From NCBI GenBank assembly GCA_964106915.2, contig OZ066918.1: a DNA stretch of 64,000 bases; one strand, 5' to 3'. Positions 22,733-35,900 of this stretch are shown here, one piece after another (within the stretch, counting starts at the first letter, position 1; each line of letters begins with the position of its first letter). This DNA is from Podarcis gaigeae (lineage: Eukaryota). The notes beneath the pieces were generated by a model. That model searched no databases. It had not been told where the DNA came from and was given only the letters and a program-made list of their open reading frames with translations. The position numbers and the translations under genes are program-made.

Positions 22733-25241
22733 GTAAACAAAGATATGAAAATGGAGCAAACAAGCAAAGATTCATTCCAGTTGCATATGACCTGGTTTCC
22801 CTCTTTGATGTAGCATTGTTGCAAGTTAAAGCGGAGCCCACAAATTGTACCTTCCAACATTTTGCAATTATAGAAGGCCAAAGCTGGATTTACATAAAAC
22901 TTCAAAGAGTAACTTTGGGGGGAAGCAACAACACAGTAGGGGAGAACATATGAGCAATGTAGAGAATAGAAATAGAGATTTCAATAGATAGTAACTTATA
23001 AACATTTCTTGGTTGGTATTGCAGTTTACCTATTGACCTATTATTCTAAAAATGTGTTGGTAAATATGGTCCAATGTCCTTTAGCCATAAAATTGTATAG
23101 TCAAAAAAGGTAATAAAAATACATACTGTATTTTAAAAGAAAACCCACAAACAATTCCTTAACATTTCTGTAGTTCTAATCTTAACTTCTTGTTAGGAAA
23201 ATTAAGAAACAGCTCCGCTTAATGCAGATGTCTGAGTTATAAAAATAACCAGATGTCCTGATTAGCAGAAGCAAATGTTCTTCACTTAATATGTGGAAAA
23301 TTATACTCAGAAACTCTCTGGATATATACTTGTATAAATAAGATGCTATCGAAGTGAACTAGTTAACTAGCTTTTAAGGTTCAAAACTGTGAATATTTTA
23401 AAATGTACCACTTTTGTTCCTTTTTAAATTCCTAGGAAATAAATATGAGCCAGGAAGACTTCCTTCTTTCATACACTCTGTTTAATAGATAAAACTTAGT
23501 GCTCTTAAAATAATCTAGGTTGCTTCTTTTTATTTTACAAGAATCTTAGATGATTTTGAAAATCTTTTATCATTTTCATGCACATGGGCTTTTATACATG
23601 CCGCTGTATGATACTGAAGTATTTTAACTGTAATCTTTTCAATAAATGAATAATTTGAAATTAAGAAAAAGAAGTGGCCATTGACTTTGCTTTGTGTTTT
23701 GGTGACGTTTTGATGCCCATGTCTGCAGTGACACATGCTGTTGTAGCATTTTTAGATATGGCTCAAAATAATAAATAGATAGGTTATATTATGAAGTCAA
23801 TACTGTGCTTCAGCATGGTAAGAAAAGTACCGTTTCATATTGTCCCCTTCCACCACCCTTATAGGAATTGCTTACGGTATTTGTTTCTTTAAAACTTGCC
23901 TTAAAAGCTAGAGTTAGACACATGGGTGCCTGTATTTTTAATTTGTAGGAAACAAACTCATTTCCTATAGCACTGGATCAGATGACTAGGGAGACTACCT
24001 GTAAAGATTTTTACATTCCCACACTCTCTCTTTAATTGATGATAATGTAAATTACTGCCATATTTGTGTAAACATAAGCCTCTTACAAATAAAATCTTCA
24101 GTTACATGAAACTTCTTAAAAGCTAGGAAAACGCAGTTTGCATTGCTGGTTTGTTGCAGTGTGTTTGAATGTTCAGAGAGCAGATCATTGACACAGTTCT
24201 TCAGGGCTCAAGCCATTCTCTATAGTTTGGTGAACTAGTCTGAGGTTTGTTTCTGTTTGGCATTGCTTCCTGATTCTTATCTTCAAAACCTTAACATTGC
24301 AAAAGTTGTGTTTTAGCCATAAGTGTGTTATTTTTCTTGAGATGAGAGAATGGAGTCTGTTAAATGATTTAATTGGGTGTTGAGCCCATAATTTTTGTAA
24401 AGAAGTTTACATTTTCTTTTGCACGAGCTATGTCAGTTTTCATACTAGTGCTTTTTGAAGGAGCTGAGATTTATAATCTGACAAACTGCATTTATGAAAT
24501 CGGGATGCTGACGGTCCCTTTACAGTTGCAAGGCTCTTGAACTCATCTATCACTTACAAAGGTTATTGGAAAGGGACTATAGGAATTTTACTCTCCTGCA
24601 ACCATTAGATTGGCATTTATTTCCCTCCTTCTCTTTAATCCATACTGTGGCAGAGTCGGAAAGTAATTCAAATGAATTTTTTCAGCCCTTACTTGCTTAC
24701 CCCCTGCAGTGTCCCACAAGATTATGAAATCCAATTTGGGCACAAAAACCTCTCCCCTGGACTACCAGGAAACCTAACATCAGCCTGCCAAAGTACCTAG
24801 AATGTTGTGTTTGACCTTATAGATTGTCCTTGAGGTACTTACGGAATTAGTTGCAAACTGACTCTGCTGCTTCTGTGTCTCAGTTTTATAGACCAGAAAT
24901 GCTCATGTCAGGCTATACATGTTTAATCCCTACCAGCTCATTTCATTTCTCTTCTCTTCTCATCTCGCTCTGCCCCTGTTCCAGATATCCTTGTCTATTC
25001 ATATACATTGGCTTGCATAAGTCCTACTTGTTTGGAAGAGATTTGTTTGTCACCAGAAGCTCTGCTAAAATAGGGAATGCACATGACAAGACATTTGTAA
25101 CTGCTTTTCTCCCCCAAAAGCAAGCATGCAATTTTCCTTATTGGTTGCAGGTTTTAAAGGCAATAGGATGTTTTAAAGACCAATTCTGGCCTCTGGGATA
25201 ATGACAAGTGTTTTGCCTGCATAAACAATATATATTTTTCC

Positions 25242-26067
25242 NNNNNNNNNNNNNNNNNNNNNNNNNNNNNNNNNNNNNNNNNNNNNNNNNNNNNNNNNNN
25301 NNNNNNNNNNNNNNNNNNNNNNNNNNNNNNNNNNNNNNNNNNNNNNNNNNNNNNNNNNNNNNNNNNNNNNNNNNNNNNNNNNNNNNNNNNNNNNNNNNNN
25401 NNNNNNNNNNNNNNNNNNNNNAGCCTTGCGCTTGGGGGCTTTGTGCAAAGGAGATGCTCAGCTGTNNNNNNNNNNNNNNNNNNNNNNNNNNNNNNNNNNN
25501 NNNNNNNNNNNNNNNNNNNNNNNNNNNNNNNNNNNNNNNNNNNNNNNNNNNNNNNNNNNNNNNNNNNNNNNNNNNNNNNNNNNNNNNNNNNNNNNNNNNN
25601 NNNNNNNNNNNNNNNNNNNNNNNNNNNNNNNNNNNNNNNNNNNNNNNNNNNNNNNNNNNNNNNNNNNNNNNNNNNNNNNNNNNNNNNNNNNNNNNNNNNN
25701 NNNNNNNNNNNNNNNNNNNNNNNNNNNNNNNNNNNNNNNNNNNNNNNNNNNNNNNNNNNNNNNNNNNNNNNNNACAGCCGACCAGCACACGACGACAATT
25801 AATCAGTTTCTGCATACTAGCATGAACGCACAAGGCCCAGAAATGAACTCCTTTTATTATTATTTCTCCTTGCTACTGATCCAAATGTTTCAGCTNNNNN
25901 NNNNNNNNNNNNNNNNNNNNNNNNNNNNNNNNNNNNNNNNNNNNNNNNNNNNNNNNNNNNNNNNNNNNNNNNNNNNNNNNNNNNNNNNNNNNNNNNNNNN
26001 NNNNNNNNNNNNNNNNNNNNNNNNNNNNNNNNNNNNNNNNNNNNNNNNNNNNNNNNNNNNNNNNNNN
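25242..26067. other. Three clustered N blocks: 25242-25421 (180), 25466-25773 (308), 25896-26067 (172); probable masked ultraconserved elements
   Basis: N runs separated by only 44 and 122 nt of unique sequence, within a TE-poor region of intron 2. Confidence 0.65.
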
Positions 26068-28649
26068 TAAAAAGTGCTCTCTGCATAGACATGGTTCCTC
26101 TCTCTCACACAGATAGACATTTGAAAAAGTGCTGCATCTGTATGGCTTTATAATTAGTGCTGGCAAGTACAGTCTTTTCCTCCTCCCACCCTCAGAAGAA
26201 GAAGAAGAAAAGCATCTCCGTAGTTGGCATGGTTATTGTGATATCTGTTGTGAGATGAGGGGCTGTCTTAAAAGGTGGTTCTGTTCAGCTGATAGTCCTT
26301 TGGAATGCTTTCATCCATTATTGCATCTGATTCCAGCATTTGTTTGGATGGTTTATAGGCATGAAAGCTGCAATATCACAGTTAAGTTGCTTCAGTGCAA
26401 CTATGAGGACATTTTAGGTAGGGGTGGCAGCTGAGTTTCCTATGTCATTGATATTAATAAATTGTGTATTGGGTTTAGGGTAGTACCGGGCATTCTGTTA
26501 ATTACAAGTCTTCTCACACAAATGGAATTTGTCAAGGGTCTCTTTTAGACACTTAACTGTCTAAGATTAGAACATAGGATTGTCTCAAAAACATGCTCCT
26601 GTTAGGATTGTAAAAGAGAAGTGATCTTTACCTTGCTGCTGATAGTTCAAGTGTGCCTAACTGTTAAGATAAGAATGAGGATTTCAAACCCCATTCACAT
26701 GCTCAGCTTTCCCAGAATTTTCTGTACTAAAATCATGATTAAGTTCCATGGAAAGGTTGTTTCACAAGAGAGGCCAAATAAGCTCATACTTCTTTTCAGA
26801 CTTTACTTACAGTTATGTTACATATCCAATGCTTGATTATAGGAGGCATTTTAATTGTGGGATTTTTTGTGTGTCCTCCAGACTTCACTGCCCCACATAA
26901 TCTCACTGTCTTTCTGATAAGCATTTGGTGATCATGGGATAATTCCAAACATTACCTTCTACCAATACCATGTGGGTTGAGCTTAAGGGTTGAGCTGTCA
27001 TTCTGGAAATGTTGGCTTGCTGAAGTGCTAGATGTGGGGGAAGATTACCAGAGCACAGACTATGAGGTAAACTGGTCTCAAAAAATACCTGATTAATTGT
27101 GCCTTGTGCTTCATGCCTGAAATTGTACTGCTTGTGAGAGAGATTCCACATATCTTGCTTTTGTAAAAATAGTTGTCAAATGAGAGCAGCCTGGTGAAAA
27201 GAAAGCATTCAATCTAGTACGATCAAGAGCTGTCAGGTTTTTCACCCCCATCTTTTGGGGTGGGCTGTGGGGAGGCGTCTGCTTTCTCTCTCCGATGTGA
27301 TTTTACTGCAGTTTTGATTTCCTTGATGCTGTATTCTGTATACACAGTTTTAGAATTTCACTCAAAACATTCCTTTATTGATCAGTAGACCCAAACATTC
27401 CTTTATTGGTCCTAATTTTTGCTTCCAAGGGCCCAGACCCTAGGCCCCAAAAAGTGGTATGAAGACCTGATGAGCAGTTCAGTGAGGAGTGATGCCTGCA
27501 GATGTACTTATTTATTTTATTTTTAAAATGCATAGAGGAATCTAAAGATTGCAAAGAATTTTCTGTATTCTAAAGCTTGTTGTCCACATGGAAACAAGAG
27601 TTCCAGTTTCCAAGCAATCGGTTCCATCTTTGCTGCTTCTTAAGGAGCATAATCTTTTCCAGTTTTCATCCTTTGCCAAGCGTAACTTAACTTGCTGACA
27701 AAAGTGCATGAGCAGCGCTCCTTTTTAATAGTCTGCTGTGTTGGTGCAGTAGAATGGGGTGACGGCAAGCTGTGAGCCACCATATGCACTTGGCAGTCAT
27801 TGTCTGGTCTTTGTTCAGCCAACCTCTTAGTCTTGCCACCTATAAAGATAATGAATAAAACAAAGGTTTCAAATTAGCTGTTTAGTTTCAAGGAAGAAAT
27901 TGGTAAACTTGAAGCATGTTGGGACAGGCAACATAAAGGCTGTTGAATTCCATGGCATTTGGTAATGCATTTATCCTAGAAGGAAGGCAAAGGGGGAAAA
28001 GGGAGCATGCGCTTCAAATATATATTATTGGTGCTGCCACTTGTTAGTACTGTATTCAGGTACCACCCTAAAAGTATAATGTATGTACTAGTTTTACTTT
28101 TACTTCTTCTCTACTTGTGTTATTAATTCCATATTTCCCACCCATATTTTAACCTTTTCATGGGCTATGTCCTTCATCATTAGTCAGTTTCCAGTTTCAG
28201 ATCCTTCCTTAAAACATACTCTATAAGTAGATTGACCAAGACAGTGGATGGTGCTTTGTCTACCCTTTCCTATCCAGACTCCATTCATGGTAACTCAGTC
28301 TTTACCATTTGGGTTAGCCAAAATACCTGTGGGGTTGAAATTCTGTCTGTTTTTACATCCTCTATAACGTTCTTTATTTATACCAAAGTCTTTAGCTGTA
28401 AAAGAGCTTCTGGAACAGCTAGTATCAGTACGTAGCAAATATATCAGCTTACTAAACTATATTGTAACAGTGGCATGGTATTTTGGAGTTCCTCTGTGTT
28501 CTTCTTAGTATTTAGGTTGCAACTCACAGGACTAATTTGGGTCTTTCCACAAAGTCACTGCTTCCAGGAGCTTTTGCATGCTACATTTCTAAGTCCCATA
28601 AAAATACTTTTTTGACATTGTGATGCTTAATTTTGTAACATACTGGCTG

Positions 28650-29090
28650 TCAGTTGCTAGCATATAAAGCCCTGAACAACTCTGGATTCAAGTACCTAAA
28701 GGAGTGTCTCCCAAATAACTACCCAAACCATGTATCAGTGGGCGATGCCTTGCTTTCTGACCCATCTGTGGGAGTGGCTGTTAGGACAATGACATGTGAA
28801 AGGTCATTCTTAGTGACTGTGGCCATTTATACAATCTCAGAAAAATAGAATTGTAGAGGTGGAAGTGATTCAAGGATCACTCTAGTCCAACCCCCTGCAG
28901 TGCAGGAATCACAACTAAAGAATGCCTGATACACCTAACACCTTTTTAAAAACTTACAATGAAGGAGAGTCCACCACCTTCCAAGTCTGTTTTTCCTAAA
29001 CAACATGCCAACAACATTTGGTTGGCACCCATAGTTGATACATTTAAATAAAGGCTGAAGACATTTTTATTTGTCCAGGCTTTTGGATCT
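28650..29090 (+). mobile_element. L2-like LINE 3' fragment interrupted by a minus-strand CR1 3' end (~28840-28985)
   Basis: YKALNNSGFKYLKECL resembles the L2 ORF2 C-terminal motif. The insert agaattgtagaggtggaag...ctagtccaaccccctgcagtgcaggaatc is a CR1-type tail. Confidence 0.6.
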
Positions 29091-29119
29091 TAATGGAAAC
29101 ATTAAGGATAAGTATTAGG

Positions 29120-29745
29120 ACCTGTTTATAACTTGATCTTAAATGATCTAGGGTTAGGAGTGAGCAGAGAGGTGGCCAAATTTGCTGGTGATACTAAATT
29201 GCTCAGGGTTGTTAAAACAAAAAGAAAATGTGAAGAGCTCCAAAAGGACATCTCTAAATGGTGTGAATGGTCAGTAAAATGGAAAACACTGTTCAATGCA
29301 AAGTGTAAAGTCAGGGCAAAAAAGATTCATAATTTCACATATATGCTCAGGGGATCTGTCTGTGGCTGACCAGGAATGAGGGGTCCTAGTGGATATCTCA
29401 ATGAAGATGTTGACCTCAGTGTGCAGCAGCTGTGAAAAAGGCAAATTCAATGCTAGGGCGCATTAGGAAAGGAATTGAAATCAAATAAGGTGGGTTATAC
29501 AAATCTATGGTACAGCCACATTTGGAATATTGTGTTCAGTGCTAATTTCCTCACACGAAATAAGACCTTGTAGAGTTGGAAAAAGTTCAGAAAAAGGCAA
29601 CCAAAATGATTGTGGTAGTTGGGATTTCCCAATTTAGAGAGAAGGCAAATAAGAGGTGACATGAAGTTTATAAATAGATAGAAAAAAGTTGTTCTCCCTC
29701 TTCCATAACATTGGAAGTCATGGATATCCAAAAGCTGAATGTTCA
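29120..29745 (+). mobile_element. CR1 LINE reverse-transcriptase fragment, decayed
   Basis: INDL..EVAKFAGDTKL-like motif (degenerate FADD), followed by CAAAVKKANSMLG-like and YKSMVQPHLEYCVQ-like segments with frameshifts. Confidence 0.88.
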
Positions 29746-30251
29746 GCAGGCTCTTCTTATGTTCTTAACGTTCATTATCAAAGTCATTGAAGTGGAAGTA
29801 ATTCCATTGTATTAAACCCTAGTATTGTTGTGAGCCAGGGCTTCCCACTTTAGTTATGTAGAAGAGTTCAGATCCAGCATTATGGAAGTGCTTGGACACA
29901 TGCTGGGAATACAAAAAATCTGACTTTGTAATATTTTGAAAGTCTTGTTTAATTAGACGGGTATCTATCATGAAGGATTATGTCCAGGGTCTGTTTATAG
30001 TGGCTTGCTGATTTTCATGATACTGGATATGTCACAGGCTATGCCTATGGCAGACACTCATTCCAATTTATCCAATTGCGTGCCAGACAAAATAAAAAAT
30101 ATTGACGCCTCTTAACAAAAAGAATTCTAAGGAAGTGAAATCTCATAGGTAATGTTGCTGAAAACATCAGATTTTTTGCTTTCTTAGATCAGTGTTGAAA
30201 GGAAAATATCTGAATTAATGATTTCCACCTTTTCCCCTCTCATCTGCATAG

Positions 30252-30329
30252 AATTCATCTGAGAGAGAAGACTGTAACAATGACGAGCCCCCCAGGAAGA
30301 TCATTCCCGAGAAGAATGCACTCAGGCAG
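30252..30329 (+). CDS. BTRC: BTRC exon 3, 78 nt, NSSEREDCNNDEPPRKIIPEKNALRQ
   Basis: Pyrimidine tract plus catAG (AG at 30250-30251) and donor GTatgc at 30330; phase 0/0. Matches recalled human NSSEREDCNNGEPPRKIIPEKNSLRQ. Too short to appear in the ORF track. Confidence 0.97.
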
Positions 30330-32034
30330 GTATGCACTGAATTTAGGTGTGCAAAACCCACCCAGCCCCTTTACTTGAATGACCTAGAGTCCTTTGACAT
30401 GCCTTGCAATTTGGAAAGATACAAAACACAAAGGAATTATTTTCTCTCTCTTCCTCCCTCCCTCTCTCTTTCCTGAAAGAGTATATAAACTTTCAAGTTA
30501 CAACAGCCATTCTTTGGAAGGCACCTTGGAGCTAATCCACATCTTTCCAGAGCAGTATTTAAGCTTACTTTCTTATGTATCATATATTGCTCCAGTAATG
30601 TGCCTTAGAGAGCAATCTTGTGGGTCAAGCAGGTGGTGTGATTCTTTGCTGAGCTAGTAATGGATGGATACTGAATTCCTTGTTATGTGCTGTACAAGAG
30701 ATCCACGTATTCTGCAACCACCCTTGACCTCTTGGGGAATAGCAAGATCGTATTGCTATCAGGCAAGTTTTCAGACCAATAGGCCTTGATTCTTATGTGT
30801 GTGGCCATAACTAAAGGAACAAACATTCAGTTATATTCCTAATCTAAACTTGAACCAGAACAGAAGAAAGGTGAGCTAATAGGCTTTTCAGTTAATACAG
30901 AATTGGCTGCTAATTTAAAAAGTGATTCTTGGAATTTAGATGCACTCCCTTACACACAAGGGTTATTGATGCTTTATGCCATAGTCTTAACCTTCAGCTG
31001 CTGTTACCAGTTTGCAGACAGTAGCATTCTGGTTGGTGAGGCCTGGTAGCTGGCATCAACAGGGTGCAGATGAGATTTTCTTGGACAGTAAATAAAGAAG
31101 AGGTATTACTTGGCTGAACTCATTGGAAAAGCAAAGTCATTCCAAATTGGCCTGCAGGCTATATCTTTGAGATCAAATATGCTTCCAGCCATGTATTTGT
31201 GAAATCAATGCTCCTCAGATATGCACTTTCTTATTTCTTTTTTTTTATGCAGGATCCACACAACACTGTTGGCATCAACATTTCAACCAATATCACTATC
31301 CCACCCTCCCTTTAATCTAGATTTTCCGTTTCTGGGAAAGATCCAATATTAGGGGGTTTTGTGTGTGTGAGATATTGCATAAAGGATAAAGCTGTTGCCA
31401 TTGATCCATTTGTGATATCTCAATATCCCATTGGTAAATAAATTCACTGTCTGGATAGTCCTATAGGGACCTAGAAGGAATTGAGAAAGCAATGTGTTTC
31501 TTTTATGAAAAACAGTTCTATTTTCTTCTTTGAATGCAAATGTATATAATGTTCTCCTTTGCTCAGGAGAGGGCAAATTTGTTGGGGGGGGGGGAATAAG
31601 GCTGGACATCCAGCCACTCCTTAAACTTCCTATTGTCTATTTAGTATTTACTATTTAGTAAATTGACACTAAAATTCACAACAATCATTCTCACTCATGA
31701 AAGGACAGCATCAGTATCTGATCCGCAAGTACATGGGGTAGAGAACTTTTGCAAGCATCATCTGCTTGATCTATGTACACATGGCAGGTATACAGCACTG
31801 CTTATTATGCATTGCAGAATGAAAACACATTTCCACATGGAGGTGTAACCTATGGTGGCCTTTATTTTGGCTCCATGCATTTAAAGTGTAAGACTTCTCC
31901 CAAATAATCTTGGGAACTGTAGCTGACCTCCTACAGAGCTACAGCTAAAGTTTCCAGGAATCTTTATGGGAAGTCATGTCCTTCAAATGTTTAGTGGGCA
32001 CCTTTGACCACCTCCCATTACTCTTGCATAGAAG

Positions 32035-32233
32035 CAGTGGCGGAGTGTTATGCTCCGGGACCGGGGGCGGAGAGCAGTCAGGAGCGGGGCTGGCGTGCGT
32101 CCTGGGGGTGTGGCATGCCGCCTGTGGGGGCATGGCACCCAGCACAGGCAGGGGGGCAGCCGCGATGGCACCCACCGGGATCACACTGCCGGGGGTAGTG
32201 CGCTCCTCCCATACTTCTCTTCCTCCGCCAGTG
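32035..32233. mobile_element. GC-rich hAT MITE, 199 bp
   Basis: TIR CAGTGGCGGAG...CTCCGCCAGTG; perfect 8-bp TSD CATAGAAG (32027-34, 32234-41). Confidence 0.9.
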
Positions 32234-32470
32234 CATAGAAGAAGCCAGCAGAGAGAAACATAACCTAGTTTAAAGCCATGTACCATTTAGAGAAGTAAAT
32301 ATAATTAGGTCTTATTAGCATGTATTCTGTGAAGAAAGACTTGGGGGTAAATTGAATGCTGGGGGGCCATGGGTGGGGAAGGTTGTGCGGATGTGTGTTT
32401 GCAGCCTTGGAAAACCACGACAAGGGGACAAAGTTTTTGGCAACTATGTTTAAGCTAACAAACGAATTTT

Positions 32471-32602
32471 NNNNNNNNNNNNNNNNNNNNNNNNNNNNNN
32501 NNNNNNNNNNNNNNNNNNNNNNNNNNNNNNNNNNNNNNNNNNNNNNNNNNNNNNNNNNNNNNNNNNNNNNNNNNNNNNNNNNNNNNNNNNNNNNNNNNNN
32601 NN
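32471..32602. other. N block, 132 nt (probable masked conserved element)
   Basis: Run of N in intron 3. Confidence 0.6.
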
Positions 32603-32941
32603 GAGTGCCCATTAAGTCCAGTGAATACAGATGGACCGGCAGGTCACACATGGGACTAATCTGATTCATTTTAAAAATAAATGTGTGAATTATTGAATCA
32701 GTCTCCTGGTTTGAGTCCTGTTTTGTGCATGTGTGCAGTCTTTTTAAAACAGACCCTCAAATGCTTCAGTGCCTTTTTAACCTGTATGTTTCCATTTTAA
32801 ATTCAACGTTCTTGCCAAAAACTGTAATTAGTTTTCAGTAGCCATCATTTAGTGTTGGATCCGAATAGTAGATTGATTAGGTCGGGCATTTGTTATTTTA
32901 AGGGCTTCGTCTCCATTTCTGAAGAGTTGGGGCTTAGTAGC

Positions 32942-32947
32942 AGAGAG

Positions 32948-32992
<45 letters not shown>
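32942..32992. repeat. (GA)n microsatellite
   Basis: GA repeat with one interruption. Confidence 0.95.
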
Positions 32993-32994
<2 letters not shown>

Positions 32995-35900
32995 GCTTTT
33001 AGAAACCAATGAGGGGGAAGCTCCCCAGGGACCTCTGAGCCTTTTGGCTTTTGGTTGTGTTAAACAGAGCCATGAATGAAGATCTGTAAATTTATTGCAG
33101 TGCCATCTGGGTTTTCCCGTTCTTTTTTGTAGGAACCATATTATTGTTGGCTTGTATCTGTCTATTGTAGTGGTCACTCCCCAGGAGCTTGCCCTCATCC
33201 TCCAAAGGAAAGTGATGAATAGCAAGGGTCAGCAGGCATAGGTCACAGGGCAGCTGTCCGGAGCTGCCCTGAACTTGATTACCCTACTGTCTTTAAAAAT
33301 ATTGGCACAATGCAGGTTGTTTAAAGAAAGCTTCTCTCTCCTGTGCTCAAATGGGGTAATAATGAAGTGCCTTTTTGCTGTCAAGACTTGCTCTATGGGA
33401 TGAGTTGGGGGTGGAGAGGAAATCGTGTCAAAAGGTGCCATGGGGATGTGCTGACGGCAGCGGGATTGCAATGATGTGCATTGCACTTTTCCTTGGGATC
33501 ATCTCTCCTAAGAGCTTCCCGATGAAAGGAAAGTGAAGGACCCAAGACCCTTCTCTACCCCACCCCGTCCCAGCCACCCAGCATTTTCATGAACTCTTCC
33601 TTCAGCAATTCAGCACAGAGCTACAACATTTAGAGGTTGGAGAGGACATACAAAGCCTCTGACATTTTGTGCTGCAGGATGCTTAAAAGTATGGGCAAGC
33701 CAGAGCAAAAGAGAGGCAAAAGTAAAGGAACATTGCTTCCTAGTTACTGTAGAGTAGGCTGTAGATGTTTGTGTGAGGAAAAGAGTTGGTGTTTAAGGTG
33801 TAATTTGTATCAATCTTGAACGCTTGTTAGGAAAAAGTGACCCAGTATGAAGGGGGAATAGTTATTTCAAATGTGCTTATAATTTGCTTTTGTGTTTTCC
33901 TATCCACTATTAAAGTCCTCTAGAGTTTTATTTCATTTGTACTTGGGGCCAGTTATTATCCCAAATATCACTTGTGCAGAAATCCTTGCCTGTTCAGCAG
34001 AAATGTTGTCCTTCAGCCTAAAAACTCTGTGGTTGCCCCCTGTCCCTACTTCAATGCTAATCGGGTCTGTCAGATGTGCGGCATTTCTGCATTCCCCCGT
34101 AATGGAGTAAATTGCTTGCGTTGTCTATTGTCCTGACCTTTTGTTTCCGTGTCCACTTACAGGCCAATGAACGTGGGTAGTGATAAATAAAGCTCTGAGC
34201 AGGACTCTCAAGTCTTTGAAAACAGCATGTTGCCATCTCCCTAGTTATATTTCTTTAAGTGTTTACGTGTATGCTGAATTCTTTTCTCTTGTGTGGCTGG
34301 AACCCTGGGGCCTCGGAGCCATGAGAGAGGCCAAGAAGCTGACAAAGTAGCTGTCCCCTTGTTAGCTTGTTCCTTTCTTTTAAAAAACAACCACAAAAAA
34401 ACCACAAGATGAAACCCATCTGGCTCAGGGCATTACATTTTCCTCCCCCATGCACCTCTATAGATGAAGAGTTTCACCTGCAGTGAGGGTTTACATTGAT
34501 TAGGAAGGGTGCAGTAATTCAACTCTGGCCATCCACTTCACTGATACTTTGCAGTCTTGAAAGGTGCTGACCCATTGAGTTAAGCTGTCAAGAGGAGGAT
34601 AAAAAAGGAGCTCCGTCCCAGGAGGTAACAGCTGCCAGGTTTTCAACACCTTGTGCGCTGCTGGAGAAATGTCACCAATTGTCAATGGGGAAGAAAAATG
34701 ACTGACTTGCCTGCCATCTTCCCTTTTAATGACTAGCCTTATAAAATGAAGGATTTAAGCCTTGGAAGATCAGCCACCACAAGCCAAACTTTTCATTGGC
34801 AGGCAGAAAATCGAGAGCATTTTAAAGAGGTGCTACATATACAGTAGCCCTTTGGGGGGGAAAGATGCAGTTAGCCCAGTTGGCTAGGGCGACCTTTGAA
34901 TAATGGGGTATAAGCGTAAAAAGTTTGCGGAAGCCACTCGCATCCAGCATTAGCTTGTCTACTTTAGGGGGAAAGGCAGGAGGGGGAGCTATATTCATAA
35001 GCCAATGAACTGAGAGAAAGCATACTGTATTTCTGCTCTTTGGAGGACAATTTGTTTTCAAGCTGCTACCAGATGGCTAAATACCATGACATTTCTCTTT
35101 TGTTTGGATTTTTTTTCCTGTTTCAGTTTTTGTTTTACAAGCAATTCAGTACTCCTTGCTTTTGTCAATATTGTTTTACTGAATAAGTTTCAGTGGCTCG
35201 GGAATGGGACACAAAGTAGCATTGTCCTTCTCCTTGTTTTGATTGATAAAAGAGGACACAAATGTTGGAAATGGGCTGAGCATTTCCTCCCCCCATTTGT
35301 TTTTAGGTTAGTCATTTTAATTGTACTGAGTAATTAGAAGGTACATACAGCCAAGGGAGCATTGTTATGGAAATTGCTCAGGAAAACCCATTCCCCATTT
35401 GCCATCACCATGTGTCGAGACAATTCTTCCCTCTAGTGGCAAAATTAGGGACTCTGGCTCCACAGTAGGCAAGGTGTAATTGCAATATGACAAACTGAGC
35501 TTTGGGGACGTTTCTGTAAATGTTCTTGGTTTTGGCTTGGCTAGTCTATATTTTTTCTTGCTGACTTCCTGCAGAGATCTTTTCCCCTTCCCACAAGCAT
35601 TCCGAGCAACAGAGACTAGACATTTTACTTTAAATATAGAAACGATAATCACAGTGGATTCTGGGTAATGCTCTGCAGCTTGACTTAATTCTCATCTTCC
35701 TTTTTTTTAATTACCTGTTTATAAAAACGCTTTTAAATTTGCAGGCATTATTTAATACTTTCGGAAGAAGCACCTCATTGGAAATAAATAAATAAATTGC
35801 CTTTTTAAAAAATAGTCTGTGTGAAAGACCTTAAGGGTAATTAATGGAGGTCTCATAAGGCCCTGTAAGTGAGATGAAAGCGATCTTTCTGAATCTGCAA

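Noticed and set aside
25138-26166. Long ORFs spanning N runs (also at 14.1-14.7, 32.3-32.7, 47.0-47.8 and 48.9-49.3 kb)
   Set aside because: They are open only because N translates to X.
27365-27408. 16-bp direct repeat aaacattcctttattg, 28 bp apart
   Set aside because: Most simply a local slippage duplication; no element between the copies.
31945-32286. GC-rich patch as a CpG-island promoter or small ORF
   Set aside because: Fully explained by the TSD-bounded hAT MITE at 32035-32233.
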